DNA from: Ophelia neglecta
Taxonomy: Eukaryota
Direction of reading: 5' to 3'
DNA: 64,000 bases
Assembly (NCBI GenBank): GCA_965285935.1
Contig: OZ260662.1
Coordinates: forward strand, 85,374,001 to 85,438,000
Below are positions 35,465 to 49,700 of this stretch, piece after piece. The position numbers were made by a program, and so were the translations under genes. The notes beneath the pieces were generated by a model that made no database searches, had not been told where the DNA came from, and saw only the letters and a list, made by a program, of their open reading frames with translations. How positions within the stretch are numbered: position 1 is the first letter of the stretch; each line of letters starts with the position of its first letter.

Positions 35465-36746
35465 GTAAACACCCTTGCGATAACTTAATACGGAAAATAA
35501 CTTATACAATAATCAACGATGGTGCTGTCTGTTGTTCAACATTGTAGCTTCTCTTTGTGTGAAAGAAGAATATACATAGGCCTACAGACCAAGTTCCGCT
35601 CCCCAATTTGTGGGTTCAGCCCGAGCCATCTTTAATACGCATTCTATGAAATAAATGCAGGGCTGTATTAACTGTATACTGCCATCAGAGCGTCAGGGCT
35701 GTGCATGTATGTGCTTGTAAACAACGTAGTGGGACATTATAGATAAATGTCACGGGATGGTTCATGATGACAATTACATGCACAAAAACACTGTATGCCA
35801 GGTCAATCCTAAATATTTTATAAACACCTAGTTTGCAACAGGAAAATAGAAACAATTTTACAAATTAGTATTAAGTGGGTTTTCCGTTTTGCAATTAAAG
35901 TGTACTGTCCTCTTGCCCGGTGTTGGTCGACGATAAAAAAAAATTGCACATAGAGTATAGGCCACTATGGCGGCAATAAATGCTCCGCTGATAGTTACTG
36001 GCTATGCAGTTGTCGTTAACAAGATGTCGTCTGCCTGGGCACTAATATCATATTATCATGACAGAAATCAAGCTGTCACTCGGGCCCTCGTCCCTAGCAT
36101 CTTCCTTCTGGTGAGAATTATCTCGGCCGGTCAGTGTTGGTACTTGGCGGGCGGTTTCACAGCACATTGTCAGGCATGTGGACACTCTCCCTGTTGGCCA
36201 TCCCCCATTGTTCGGGGAACGCCTGCTCCTTGTGGGGCGCCCCATTTTCGGCATTCAAGTGTAGACAGCACAACAATTGGTGACAATTCACTTGGCTGTA
36301 ATTGGCATTTAGAAAGTTTGCCAAGAAGTCAATGACTTAACATGAGATCGTGCGTCCAGCGTGTGGCCATTTCAAGTCCTTAGTTGCGCAATGTTTGCGA
36401 AGCAAAGAGCGCTTTTGAACGGCGTCGCAGTTGTTCACAAGTAGCCTATGTCAACTCGTGCCTCCTCAACTACAGAGCTTGTTCAATGGCTGAGAAGTAC
36501 TTAATACATCCTTTCATTGATATCGTTTACATTGTTAACCCCTCTATCGTATTTGATTTGAAATAGAGAACATGGACACTCTAGAAGCGATCAATCATTT
36601 TAAATGTTCTAGATTCATTACCATGACAGACTATTAACCATTCACAATATCAAAAGATATGTTACAAATAGATTCCTCACCCTCCGAACATTTGTTTTGT
36701 GGTTAATAAAAATAAATGCTAAATGTAATTTTATTTTATTTTGCAG

Positions 36747-37391
36747 ACGACATATTTAGATCGATGTGGTCGAAATGGGATCATCAGGCAGTGACAAGTT
36801 ATAACGATCTATATCGCACTTATTTATTGGCCCACCAGGGCATGCTGCGAAACCGCCCGCATGACCATCAACCAATTTCCCCTACGTCACCACCGGTCAA
36901 GCCTGCGCACAAGCCTATATGGTCTCCCGCTTCCGATCTAGAGAACAAGAATCAAGAGAAGGCGTCTGCCCTAGCCGCCCAGGCCCTGCGTCTGTCTAGC
37001 CCTAACCGGGACCCCCTCGAGCACGTAGAAGAGAAGATTGTAGAAGAGTGCCCCAGTGGTGCGTTCGCCTGCTCTACTTGCCAGAAGAAGTTCACCACCC
37101 CTCACGGTTTGGAGGTCCACGTTCGCCGCTCTCATACCGGCAAGAGGCCCTTCGAATGTGAGGTGTGCAACAAGACATTTGGTCACTCGGTCAGCCTCAG
37201 CCAGCATAGAGCCGTCCACAGTCAGGAGAGAAGCTTCACCTGCAAACAGTGCGGCAAGTGTTTCAAGCGTTCCTCCACCCTGTCGACTCACCTGCTGATC
37301 CACAGCGACACCAGACCCTACCCCTGTCAGTACTGCGGAAAACGCTTCCACCAGAAGTCAGACATGAAGAAACATACCTACATACATACTG
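36747..37391 (+). CDS. GFI1: Gfi1/senseless-family coding exon 3 (zinc fingers 1-4)
   Basis: Acceptor ttttgcAG, donor G|GTAAGC at 37392. Diagnostic [57 protein letters not shown]. Confidence 0.97.
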
Positions 37392-39350
37392 GTAAGCAGC
37401 TAGATAACTTAAAGAAAACATGTCTTAATCAAGTCTCAAATAAAACACCTTAGGCATTTGATTGAAAGAACTGTATGTCCGTGCCATGATAAGTTACACG
37501 CCTGACAATCAATTTCGACATGTCCTTAATACCGTTGGGGCTTGATGTCGAGTGCCAATCTATTGTGTAAGAAAACTGTCAGTTTTTGTCACTTCGTAAA
37601 ACAAAATCTCCGTGATGGTTTCTTGGTCTCCCGGGGCCCCATTCAGGTGACGTGAGTGCGCGGTGAATGGCCGATTGAGAGTAATTACAAGATTAACAGA
37701 CCCGGGTGTGTACCTGGGCTCGCAACAATATTAGCACACCTAATAGTCCTGTGAGAATTCAGTCCCCGACACTCACTATACATGTTACTTGTCACCTCTT
37801 TCAAATAGCCAGCTACGACAGGCAAAACCTCTCACGGGATAACGGTTTTCTCAGATAAGAACTGTCACTATAAAATCTATTAAAGCATTTTTTATTCGAT
37901 TCCAAGTTTTGCTCTTACAATTTTCAAAAAGCCGTTTGTTTGTAAAACATACCAACGGAATAGTCAATTGTCGTGGAAAGTGCGCCAGAAGTTCAAGTCG
38001 ATTTGGTTGATAACAACTGCCTATTAACGGTTGATTGTTGCTTCGGAAAATTAAAATGAATCTGTTTATTCTACAGTTTTCTCTTTAACGGCCGCGACTG
38101 GGAATGCCCATATGATGGGCCATGATTGTATTAACAAAGATTGCTGCTTAATTAATTAACCTCCGGTTGGTCTAATTGGGAAATGTGACGGGAGAGGGGA
38201 CCGATTGAAAGGGAGCATCTGTTCAGGGAGCGGCCGGGGCCGACCATGTCTGCAGCGGTCAACTCGCGCCATATTGGCAGCGGCCAGACTCGGCAAAATT
38301 AGCTAGGTCACGGGGGAAATCGACCATACAGTGTATGGACACCCAAATTTATAAAATGCATGGTTTTTAAGTTTCTGGCATTCAAATTTGTCTAATACCG
38401 CAAAATCAAACGAGGTTGCCCGTAAAATTCGGCACATAGTTTAGACTTCGGAAGGAATGGGTAAAATTTCAACTCCGCATTTCCTTAAGTGATCAATGTC
38501 TATAAGAATGAATCTGGACAAAGTTAGTCCCTAAACCAACACTACATCCGTGCCGAGCCCATTAGAATATAACAAATACCGTGACAGCGGATCATCGCGC
38601 TAGAACCCAGCGCAATTCTCAGTGCAATATCCTTGATTCTCCTAATCAACGGGAACTAAGCAGAAAATTAGCGTCAGGATTTATGATGCTTGGAAAACTA
38701 CCAAGAATAATAAAACGCTCGGTGTTACTTCCTCGGGGAGTTTGTTAATTACTGAAAAACCCAGGTTTTGGACAAGCCACAATCGAAAATCACACTGGCA
38801 TTGTCTGCCATCGCATGTGGGCAGAGAATATAGCCAAGCATTGGTCGTGTTTGGGGAATAACTGGAAATGAAAATTAGGGATTTTTACTGCGTGTTGGAG
38901 CGCAGGGCATTAGGACCCTACCCGCATCGGAAAGGTGGTAAATCTGGCGGCTGGCATGACAAAGAGCAGGAAAGGCGGAACACTAGGATCCACTAATTTC
39001 CTCCCATGCGTGAAACCTCTGCCAAAATAGAAAAAACATAATGATACCCGTCGGTGACAAAGGCGTGATGACTTGATTATCATCAAATATTCATCATCAA
39101 CATGAGATTAGCTGGCTGCATATTCTGAAAAGCACGATCTACATCTAGACGTGTTTTAATATGCAACATAATATAGTATTTTATCCGAAAGTATCGAAAT
39201 ATTAGGTATAGGCCTATTTGTGTTTTATTTGTGAATCATAAGCACATTAATATATTGCACATAGATACTTATTGTACATTTATAAACGCCCTTGTTTTTC
39301 GTATTTTTCACGCTAAACAAACATTAACGTAGTATTTGTTTTGCTTTCAG

Positions 39351-40012
39351 GCGAGAAACCCTATGTATGTCGTTCCTGCGGAAAAGCATTCAGCCAGTCC
39401 TCTAATCTGATCACTCACAGCCGCAAGCACACCGGATTCAAACCCTTCGCCTGTGAGATCTGCGCACGCGCATTCCAGCGGAAGGTCGACCTTAGACGCC
39501 ACATGGAGACGCAGCATTCAGGACAACAAGGGGACGACCATTCCAAGGGTACGGGTGTTATGGCAACCAAAACGGTTTCGGCGGTCATACCCCTTCCCGG
39601 CAGCCTCCCCGCCATGCAGCCTCCTAAAGCGCACCAAGATGGACCCACCGTGACAGGCATGGTGCGCGCGCAGAACATAGGTATGATCCGGGAAAATACT
39701 GTCATTGCGCATGCCCCACCCGCAATTAACAACAATGTACATATGCACAATGTGTTGTCTCCGCCCGGTTCCCTCGTGGACACATCCGAGAGGCCAGAGT
39801 CTCCAAATATTGATGTTGGTTCCGAACTTCCGGTTCAGACTGAAGCAGCAGACTATTCGACCAGAGCCTCGTTAGTTAGTAAACATCCATATTCAGTGGC
39901 CGAACTTACAAAATCGGAAGTACCAATCAAAACAGACAATGAGGAGGTACAAATGGTCCAACACCGCCAAAAATCTTCGCCCAACTCCCCAAACATTAAT
40001 CGAGGTGAATGA
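39351..40012 (+). CDS. GFI1: Gfi1/senseless-family terminal exon (zinc fingers 5-6 plus C-terminal extension)
   Basis: Acceptor ttgctttcAG; GEKP...[26 protein letters not shown]...[14 protein letters not shown]; TGA at 40010-40012. The four exons sum to 1647 nt (548 aa plus stop). Confidence 0.95.
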
Positions 40013-40721
40013 TAAATAATGAAAACTAGACTTATTTATGTCTCTGCCTACCTGCAGTTATTAGAAATTAAAATGACAATGTTGTCCTCAAAGTGACTTT
40101 TGCAGGGCAATGATGTCCTATAGTTAATGTGCCGCGATTTGTGGGCCACCGCAGTATTTACCACCTCAGCCATTCCATGTGCTCATTGAAAATATCATGT
40201 CATTTGAATGATTATAAAATAACCATACATTGCATATTGTTGTAAACTATTACGATGTGTCAACAGTGGTTGAAGCACAATGGTTTAGGTGTGAGCACGT
40301 TCAAAAGCAGGTGAAAATCACCCCTAATTAATGTGCTTTAATATATGCATACGTGTACATAATTATTATATCCTAATTATCAACTTTATTCACTATCGCG
40401 CCAGGTGTTGTGACCTGCCACGAGGGAGATATATTACAACTATTAAAAGTGAATTCTGTTCTTGAAGTTTGTTGTGATATTGCATTTTTCCCAGTGTTTA
40501 ACCCACAAAATGCTAAACGTAAGAATAAGTCAGGAATATATGAAAGTATCTTAAATTAAAAAGAGCATGAGTGGATGAACTTTGAATTAATAAGTATACA
40601 TATTTATGTGACTATGTGATTGCTTTCATAAATTAATCTCTTTATATATGACGTCATCGTCTCATTATGCTATTATGTGAACGTTATGATATTAGGTGTA
40701 AAATTATAAATATGCTAATTG

Positions 40722-40727
40722 AATAAA
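40722..40727 (+). promoter_or_regulatory. Candidate polyadenylation signal of the Gfi gene
   Basis: AATAAA ~710 nt after the stop, at the end of an AT-rich 3'UTR-like stretch. Confidence 0.4.
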
Positions 40728-43700
40728 TGACTGCTATAACCTAATCTTATAGTTATGAGTTTTAATGCATGCACAAAGGCAATACGTGAAACAAATCATT
40801 AAAATAATATTATAGTTGCCAGCACGTGACTTATTTGTATCGTTATCATGTGGAAATATTGAGTCCAACTCCAATCGAAGTAACGTTTTAAATCAATCCA
40901 AAAGAGAATAATTTATTAACGCGGTAATTTTGATATTTAATTTGAGAAAGTATGATAAAGGACAAAATTGATAATCGGTTCTAGCGATAAATATTATATA
41001 ATTAGACCTATAAGTAGATTTGTGTAAATAGTCAGTCTTGGAATGGAAACTATTAAAGATAGGTTAAACATTTAATTAAGACTTGATCCAAGAAATGCTG
41101 ACTCCAAGACCTCGATTTTAATCAAAAGCGTACAATGGCTTGTGGGAGATGGCTTCACCCGCCACAATCATCTCTGCCTCGACTACGCAATGGAAATCCC
41201 ACACAATGTCGTCTGCAACCGTCATTTGGTGGCCTTCCTTCTTCCAGAGCATTCTGCTCACGTTTGTCCCATTCCTGGCTTGCAGTCGCCATTCGATTAC
41301 GGGTTAATAGGTGTCCATGATTAAAAGGCAAGGCAGTTGAATCTGATGAACCAGCATCAGATGTAATCATAGACTTAGCTCTAGTAATTACCGACTGCTC
41401 GCCTCGCCTCCAAGTCTCATCCCCAAGGGGGGTTGGCGGTAATTCGGCCCCGGGCCGAGGTACTGTACTGCTGTAGGATGTATGGGCCAACAGCCACTGA
41501 TTTTACGACAAAATTCTACTCTGATGGCCATACGAGAAGCCTCTTTTGTAACTGTTAGTCAAATTGCAGTATCCGTTGTATAATACTGTCTTTAAATTTA
41601 TGCTTCTCGCCTAGGAGATGTGATATCTTCAGTGGTAGGTTTGTTTGATAGATCCAGGCCAATGGTCATTTATGCCTACGTTAAAATATCCAGTGAAGGC
41701 TTTGCCGCCATTTAAAAACCGCTCAAAGCCTGCATCCGGCGTTCGAAACAAATAAAATGCAAACTTGAATTTATTTTCTTATTATTTGCTATTTATAAAA
41801 TATACAGGCTATATGCCCGCATACGAGTTTTCACAGATGGCTTTGATATCCGAGAGACAGTCGTTGGGGTCATTGCCCAAATGTACGTTGCTCTATATCC
41901 TAAATGTAATAAAGTTTGATGATGATGGACGCGCTGCTAGAGTTCTAAAGGGTTTATTTATGTTCAACTAGAGTTCCATTTAAAGAACTCGTCCTAGTTG
42001 GGCATGTAACCTTGAACGTACGTGTTCATATATATAATTAAAATGAGAGGAGAGTAATATATCTTCTGACTGTAGGTAGAACAGGAAATGTAAGGTTACA
42101 ACCTTTGACACGGTGAAGGTCAAATTGGAGCTGATAGGCTCAGGTTGTGGCAGTCTCGTTTGGTCTTTGGAGACTTCAGTGTACCGTAAATCATCCAGTC
42201 AACAAAACACCTGAGATGGAGCATCTTGAACCAACAATGTTCTTTTTTGGATGTCTGCCATGCTTTGGTGAGGTTCTTTGCTTTTGGGATATTAGAAATA
42301 AAATCGAAGTGTTTCATTGTCAGATGTTACAATGTAGCGGTGGCAATGCCATGTGCGCAGTTTCCGCGGCAATATTTCACCCGTCTGCCGCACACAAAGA
42401 ACGGAGTCGCGCGGCAGCAAAGATCGCGGGTGGCTGAAAAGCACTTGTTCGCAAATATTGGAGGCAAAAGCAAACTGGTAACATGATCTCGACGATATTC
42501 TAAAACACAAACATACGCAGATTCAATTTCATTAAGACACCTTGTGTCGGTTCTCATGCGCACAGTCTGCTTATTGTGCCGCCTCACCGATCGGCATCAA
42601 ATATTAATGCTCAATTCGTGCTCCGCCATATTTGAACGATTGATTCATCATCCTCATCACGGGCGATTTCGACGTTGTCTTTGAACAAATACACAACAGA
42701 ATTGTACTGAATGGAGCTAAAATATTTATCAAAAGCGGGACAGAATCAATCTAGTGAGACTAACAGATTTGGCGTAAATTGAGGGAGACCAGTTCCGCAT
42801 GACTTGAACAGGAGAAAAAAACTCTTCAGCCATTGCAGCGATAATTGCGACTGATCCTGTCTAGCAGTTACAAATGCTGCTTCATTTGGGAGAAATCAGT
42901 AGATTTGAGGGCCATTCAAAGGAGAGCAATGAATAATTAAAACTAAAAGTATGTGCTCTAAGTTGGAACCATCCCATCATCAACACCCGACCATAAAGAC
43001 TGGGTGTGCTCAAAACATTAGCGGTTATTGCGTGAACAGAGGCTGCCAACTAGCTTGGTTTCCATTCAGAGACAAATCTTTTATTCATAATCTGATTTCT
43101 GGACAAACATTTAACGGTCGTTAAAGCGGGTTTGAGTTGGGGCTTTGCATGCTATTCGGGTGTTGCCAAATTTATTGCACGCTTTTTAATTGTGTAAAGT
43201 AAACAGTCACTGATTGCGTAGTTAAGTCCATAAACTAAAGATCGCGATTCGAAAAACGATTGTCCTTGATTCAAAGCAATTCTCTGGCTACTTATGTAAA
43301 GATCTAAGCAACAGTAAGCCCCCCTGTCATAAATGTTCTTTGATTATATAATTTAGAATCACTGGCATTATTTCTTGAACACTGAATATCCTCTCGGACA
43401 TGTTTTCCTGCGATGTACAATTAATGTCGCCTTTTGAATGAAATTTCTACTTGCAGAAATGCTTTCTTTGCTCTTTTTCCATTCCTTATCCGATATCAAT
43501 AAAAGCAATCTACCCTGCCCACAATGGTATGTACTCTGACATAGCATCCCCCTGATTGGGTCTTCGATCTGTGTGCACTAGCCGGTCAATACACATGTAT
43601 GGCATCGATCTTGGGACTGAATGTGCATTCATCAAGCTTATTAGACAAGCTACATAGAAACAACGCATTTGTTGTTAAGTTGTTGATGGAAAAACTCAAT

Positions 43701-46700
43701 ATGATATCACACATTCTGATTTCATTCTGGGATATTATTACATAAATTGCTTTGTATTCAATTTATTGACACAATCAGTAAAAGCAAGGCCATTTTCAAC
43801 TTCAGCAAAGTGGTAATGAGGTTTTATATGTACATGAGATATCTTACCTAGGCCTGTTATTTTGTTACGCAGATCAACCAAAAAGGCAAAAATGTGCAAA
43901 TATGAAAGTTGTTGATATTCTTTAGAAAGTTCCATGCAAAAGCAAATGTAGAGCGAGTATTTAACACTTAAAGTGCCAAGGAATTTCTTGTTGGTTTTGT
44001 TAAGCATTTGAGAATACCTCCACATAATACTGGCTTGCCTGTTAGCTGTAAATATTGTAATTATTATATTTATCAATTAATAGTCCCTACGTGATAGAAC
44101 AATTAATTACAGGTAGAAACCACAAATGGAGATATTTTGATTTTCGGCCGGTCGAATTTTCTATCTCGGTGAGCAAACTCGAAAGTATGACCAATTGGTC
44201 AACTAGACAGCTCGGATCAATGAGGTTTCTCCCCAAGCGATCTGGACAACGATTTTCAATGTACCAAACACGAAATCTTCTTTGAAACATATAGGTTAAA
44301 TTCGCCAATAAAAAATTATACTGTTCCATAAAGAGGCAATGTACCGCCTAAACTGAATAGCCGTGGCTAACCCGTCATGCTAACCATCTATATATTTAAA
44401 TTGCAGAGAAGCGGCTTAAATTTAGTGCTATTTATAATGGAGGAAGTTGATTATCTACAGTTTCCTCAAGAGCGCATGCCCATGCGTATACTGAGTCCGA
44501 AGAATAGGTTATTTAATATGTTGACCTGTTAGAAATAAGACAATTACCCGGCCGGGTGATCTTTAAGTTACACTTGTAAGCGGAACATGACCATTCACAC
44601 TCAACTAGGTTCTCAGCATGTGAAGGGCGAGCATTGTAACTGAGACAATCGTCTTAAAGGTGTGTTGTCAATTGCCACTGTTAGGAGTTAACGGGAGATC
44701 TTTATTGACCTGTTTACTCAGAGTCCTGCCTGCCTCTTATTGTATATGAAATTAATAAATCATATTGACTGGAAATTCGACCACTTTGATTTTTAGTCTA
44801 AAACCAGATAGATTTCAGGGTGCCACTGATTCCGCAACATTTGGATTAAATGGAATATATTTGGCTATGGCCCCATGCTTGTAAAAGTTATTGTGCATTA
44901 AGTTTCAAATTCTGGTGGGCTTAAAATACCTTGTCAGATCGGCTGACCGTCTCATACAACAGATATACTATATTTGTCCCAAAAAACTAAATGAAGAATT
45001 TGCGAGAAATCAGCACCTGATAATAGGCCTTGCCGACACATAGTTATAATAATTGGCATGGATCTTTAATACCCAAATTTAATCACAGAAGTATTAATAG
45101 AATAGTCAAATATCAGAGTGTTATAATTTTTAATGAATTAAATGAAACCAAATATTCTGAATGCCCCATGTCTAAATTTAAATGTTCAATAAAACTGTGT
45201 CTTCTTGACAAATTAAATGATTGAATCTACTACACTCAAAATCGATTGGGCTATATGGTTTACAGCCTTTATATTTATTATATGTACTTAAACGACCTGT
45301 TGGATCGTTCTCGTTTGGCAAATTGATGGGCTGGCTGTTCAAAATCAATTTGAAAATTAACTTTTTTTGTCCAGCAAAACTTACTTATTCCATATAGGCT
45401 AAAGGCATTAGGCCTATATGCAGGTATAAGATTAAGACCAAAAAATCGATAAATATTGCCTTTATATTTTTTTTATATATTATATTGCATTATAAAACAG
45501 ATATTCTCATTCTCTGTGTATATGTTGTGTTAACGTTGTATCTTGTAATACATGGATTTATTTGTTCTACTTGGTACTACACATTCATATGTGAATTGTG
45601 CAGAATTCGTATGACTTCCGGTTCCTGCAGACGAATGGCTTGTGCTGGTAATGTGGACTGTATTTGGTCAGCTTGTTGGCATTGTGACATGTTTAAGAAT
45701 CTTGTCTTTTGCAAAGCCAACTTGCGCCTCATTTTATTTCCGAAGCAGTTGATTAGATAATTACAGGAGATAAATGTTATATCACCTCTCGGATTACTAA
45801 TCATAGTCAGTTCGTGGCCGGCATATGGCGTTGTTACCAACAGGCGTCACACGGACCGGTCCGGGACGGGTAATCCCGGGTTTACCCAATCCCGTCCCCT
45901 GTGTACTGCATTGTTCTGCCGGTCACAATCCGACCTTGGCCACAGAAGATTGAATAATTATTAATGTGTGATTGAGAAATCAGCGTTTGTTCTTCTCCTG
46001 GGGATTAAACACATGCATAGAGTGTATAATAGGCTTTTGACTAAAACACCCAAATGTTCGGCCCAGCTAGAGAATAACCAATTGTTTTTGGAAAGTGTAT
46101 GCTAATTATAATATGACTCGTATATAGGCATATAGTAGAGCTAAATCGTCTCTCGACACGGCGGCAGTTGACAATAGCTTAATTTATTATTCCGAATCGG
46201 TTTCAGGCGAAGCTATATAATGGGTTTTGGAACTAATGAAGTCTAATAGTTTTTGTTGGATTATTTTACCTAAATCAGGCGATAATTTCGTGCTTCTGAC
46301 AAAAATCATTCAAAGTTTTATCCGCAAAATATACACTACCTTCTGTTACGGTTTTTCTTGTTTGAAACCACTACAGAGGTTAAGTGTTGTGGCATGAAAT
46401 ATGCAGTAAAGATACGGATTTGTTCTAAAATCCCTGAAGTATTGGAGGTGCGAAAGATTTTCTCCGAGGCCTAGTAAAGCTAAAACCGGGCAATCCTGAG
46501 CCCTTTACAGGGATACTTTCAGGGCGAAGGAGCCTCGATAATCAAAGTCATAAGCCCATTTTGTCGCCTCACAAATGGCCCTGTAAGACGACTTACTGCA
46601 AAATACTGTATTATTGATGTTCGAAAGCCTGAAAGTGCAGCGTAATCAGCTTAGAAAGACAATGGCTATAATGGCGTGTGTCGCAAGGGAGTGCCGACAC

Positions 46701-49700
46701 ATCCCACTGACCACTTGGACCATTTGTAACAGGACTGTTATCCCTCAAAGATGCGGACGCCCATTTTTCACTCTCTAGCTCCGAACAATCAGAAGTTTTG
46801 ATGAATGCGGACTAGAATCGCATGCATCTGTTGGTCAGTAGAAAGCCATCAGGATGAGACACACTGACAATTAGTCGACTAGATAGAAGTCAACCGATGT
46901 GCTCTGTGTGACTAATTCCCGTAATCATGGGGTTTGACTCCTGCCAGCCTTGGCTGACACCTCACCGACCACGCCAGACGGACAGCTTCTGTCGGCCGAG
47001 CCACCGCCCGAACCATAAACCAGCACGTTAGCCCCGTCAACAGCCTCAGGGTGTTCGCCTCATTTGTCCAAGCAGCAGACTACACGAAATCGGCGGGAAG
47101 GCAATTGGCAGGGCGCTGCAGTGTCGGATGGCACGCGATCCGACCATAAGCGTCGGGTCGGATCGGGGCGAAGCCAACACGGACAATGGGCGGCCGGGTT
47201 AGCAAAATGTCAACCCTCAACTCCCTCCGGACCAAGCTAATCTGCCAAATTACCGCCCTCAGCCATTAGCTCGCCCGGCTGCAGGTTTTGAGCCCGACCA
47301 ATTTGACTTTACACTGGCGAAGCACAGCTCACTTTAATTATTGCGGTTGACTATGGTTAGATTAAACGTGCCATCGTAAGGTCGACATCTAATGAAGACG
47401 GCCTACTCTCAAGTTTAGGGCCCCCTTCTCTTCAACAGACGAGACTGTATCGGTCGACTTGTCGAATAGTGACATTCCTTTGCTTCAATCAAAATCTAAC
47501 TTCTCCCCGGTCACTGTATATTGTTGCTCATGAAAATGTTTGTGGAAGACATGATATTTGTAGACCAACATACTAGACTCTACACGGTACTAAAAACATC
47601 AGTCAGTGGGATAAGTTTCTTTTTGTTACAAGCGGCCAAGGCCGCCATATGATTCCTCGATTTGCTCATCAGAAGTGTCCTTTTTTATGTAGGGCTTATT
47701 TCTTCTGTTTTCTGTTTTGGGTTTGACTCACTCCGCCAAAACTAGAAATTCATCGATCAGTTTTGACATGCAGCCATCCTAGACAATAAGACAGATTTCT
47801 CCCCGGCCCGAGGCAAGCACAGACAAGTGGTGATTGAAACGCTACCAGTTATCCTTTCATCATCGCCCATCTTCAGCGGCCAGAATTAGATATTGCTCAG
47901 CTAGTTAGACCATTACAGTAACACGATGTCAAAAATCTGGCCCAGCCTCCTAAATCTCCCGCCACCATCATCGTAAACAATGCAGAACGTCCTGAATTTC
48001 CCGGATATGGCTGAAGGAACCTGGGTGGTAATCAAATTATCGTCCACTTTCACCACGTCTCTCCTTTTCATCAAGTCAAATGCCTCGGTTCTCCTATGGT
48101 TAAGCCACCTCAAGGGTCAATTAATACTCGAACGAATTACAGAGATTTGATTTTCCGGCGGCAGATACCGCCAATCTTTTGAAGGCAGACGGCTGGATGA
48201 TGAAGATGGGGACAGTGTACGATTAGACTCTCGGTCCGGAGGGAGCATTCGATCAATGGAGAGTTCATCTCCACTCATTAAAGTACAGCCTGTTCATCTT
48301 CCATCTACTCGTAAATTAAACATCGCAGGTTTCCGTATTAAATAAACCGGCCGAAGATATATATTCAATGTGAACAGCTCTTCTTCTACCAGACCAAATC
48401 CACAGACGATGTAGTACTACTATGCAATTCCTGTCGATAATTGTGATTCATCTCTCCCAGCAATGGTTTAATGTCAATCATAAATACCATATGCCTCAAA
48501 TTGTAGGCCTTGGTTTCACCAAATAATTTTTCCAATTGCAGATCAACTGACATAAGGACGAAATCGTATACAATCAAAGCGATTGAGATCGTAGAAATTC
48601 CTATTATTATTGTCTAATATTAAATCTCTTGGTTGCTCTCCAACCCACATAAGCCTTGTAAAGGGACACCGTTGAGCCCTAACCTGGCCCGGCATTCACT
48701 GCGTGAACATCTGTCTCCAGTCATACACTCAATGTATCTCGACTGTGATACAATATCACCCCAAAGAATAGAATACATGTTGACAACCGATGATGACACT
48801 GATAAGGGCAATGGCACGAGCGATTATCCAAGCAAGTTACGAATATCCGGCGAATCTCTATTTAAATCAAACGTCGAGTATGAGCATGCGGGTCTTGGAG
48901 GGCCTGTAAAAGGAGGCAATTTGCAACTTATTACGACAAATGGAGATAATAAGCTGAGTTGATTAGTAAAGAGAGAGCCTAGGCGAAGATAGAGGACCTT
49001 CAAGAACCAAAGTGATCAATACTCGGATGTAATAAATGAATGGAGATTGAGTATCTCTTTCCGGATGTCGTCTGCTATTGATTTACCACCCCGCTAATCA
49101 TTGTTCTGTCCAATGCTATACCCAGCAGAGAAGTAACGCCAAATTGTCAGAAAGAGAAATGACTTAATCCATTTCTAAAAAAACGTTAAGTATTAAGACA
49201 AGTCTGCGCTTACATCATTCATCCGAGGAATGATGATAAAAAATGTTTACGAGTCATGCATTTGGTTATATTCAGTTACATATTTAATAACCTAACAGAT
49301 AATTACCACGATGAAGGGAATGCTGAGGTTAGTGGTGGGGTCGGCGATTAATATTTTTTTCTAAAAATTCTCATGTATATTCACATTTTCTTGCTGCCTG
49401 ATATAAAATATAGCCTTCTAGGCTTACGTACTGGGCTTGTTTTTAAACATTTGCAATAAACATGTATTCTATATTCACATGGGTCAGACTAATGCATTTA
49501 AAGGAATAATAAAGTTAAACCATGGGAAAATAATTTCACCTGTTGCTCGTAATTTAAGTTCTTTGAACAGCCTCAGTTGTTCCTAATTTGTATTCCATGG
49601 GCTCCACTGCCGAAGAATAATCTGATGGATTAATAGAGTTTTCGATGCTCGGCTCTGTTTTCAATTCCTTCGAGAGCCCCTGAAAATTTTGCAGACACCT

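Noticed and set aside
37639-37672. CGCGGTGAATG resembling miR-124 within a short CCATTCA/TGAATGG stem
   Set aside because: The seed TAAGGCAC is absent and the stem is far too short for a pre-miRNA.
40013-40730. miR-9 regulation of the Gfi 3'UTR as in Drosophila senseless
   Set aside because: No CCAAAGA seed match seen; only two K-box-like TGTGAT words (40473, 40615), too weak to call.
41581-41590. TAATACTGTC matches the 5' end of miR-8/miR-200
   Set aside because: The 3' part does not match and there is no extended hairpin.
48633-48962. 109-aa ORF in the downstream tract
   Set aside because: Non-ATG start, no recognisable homology, no supporting splice pattern.
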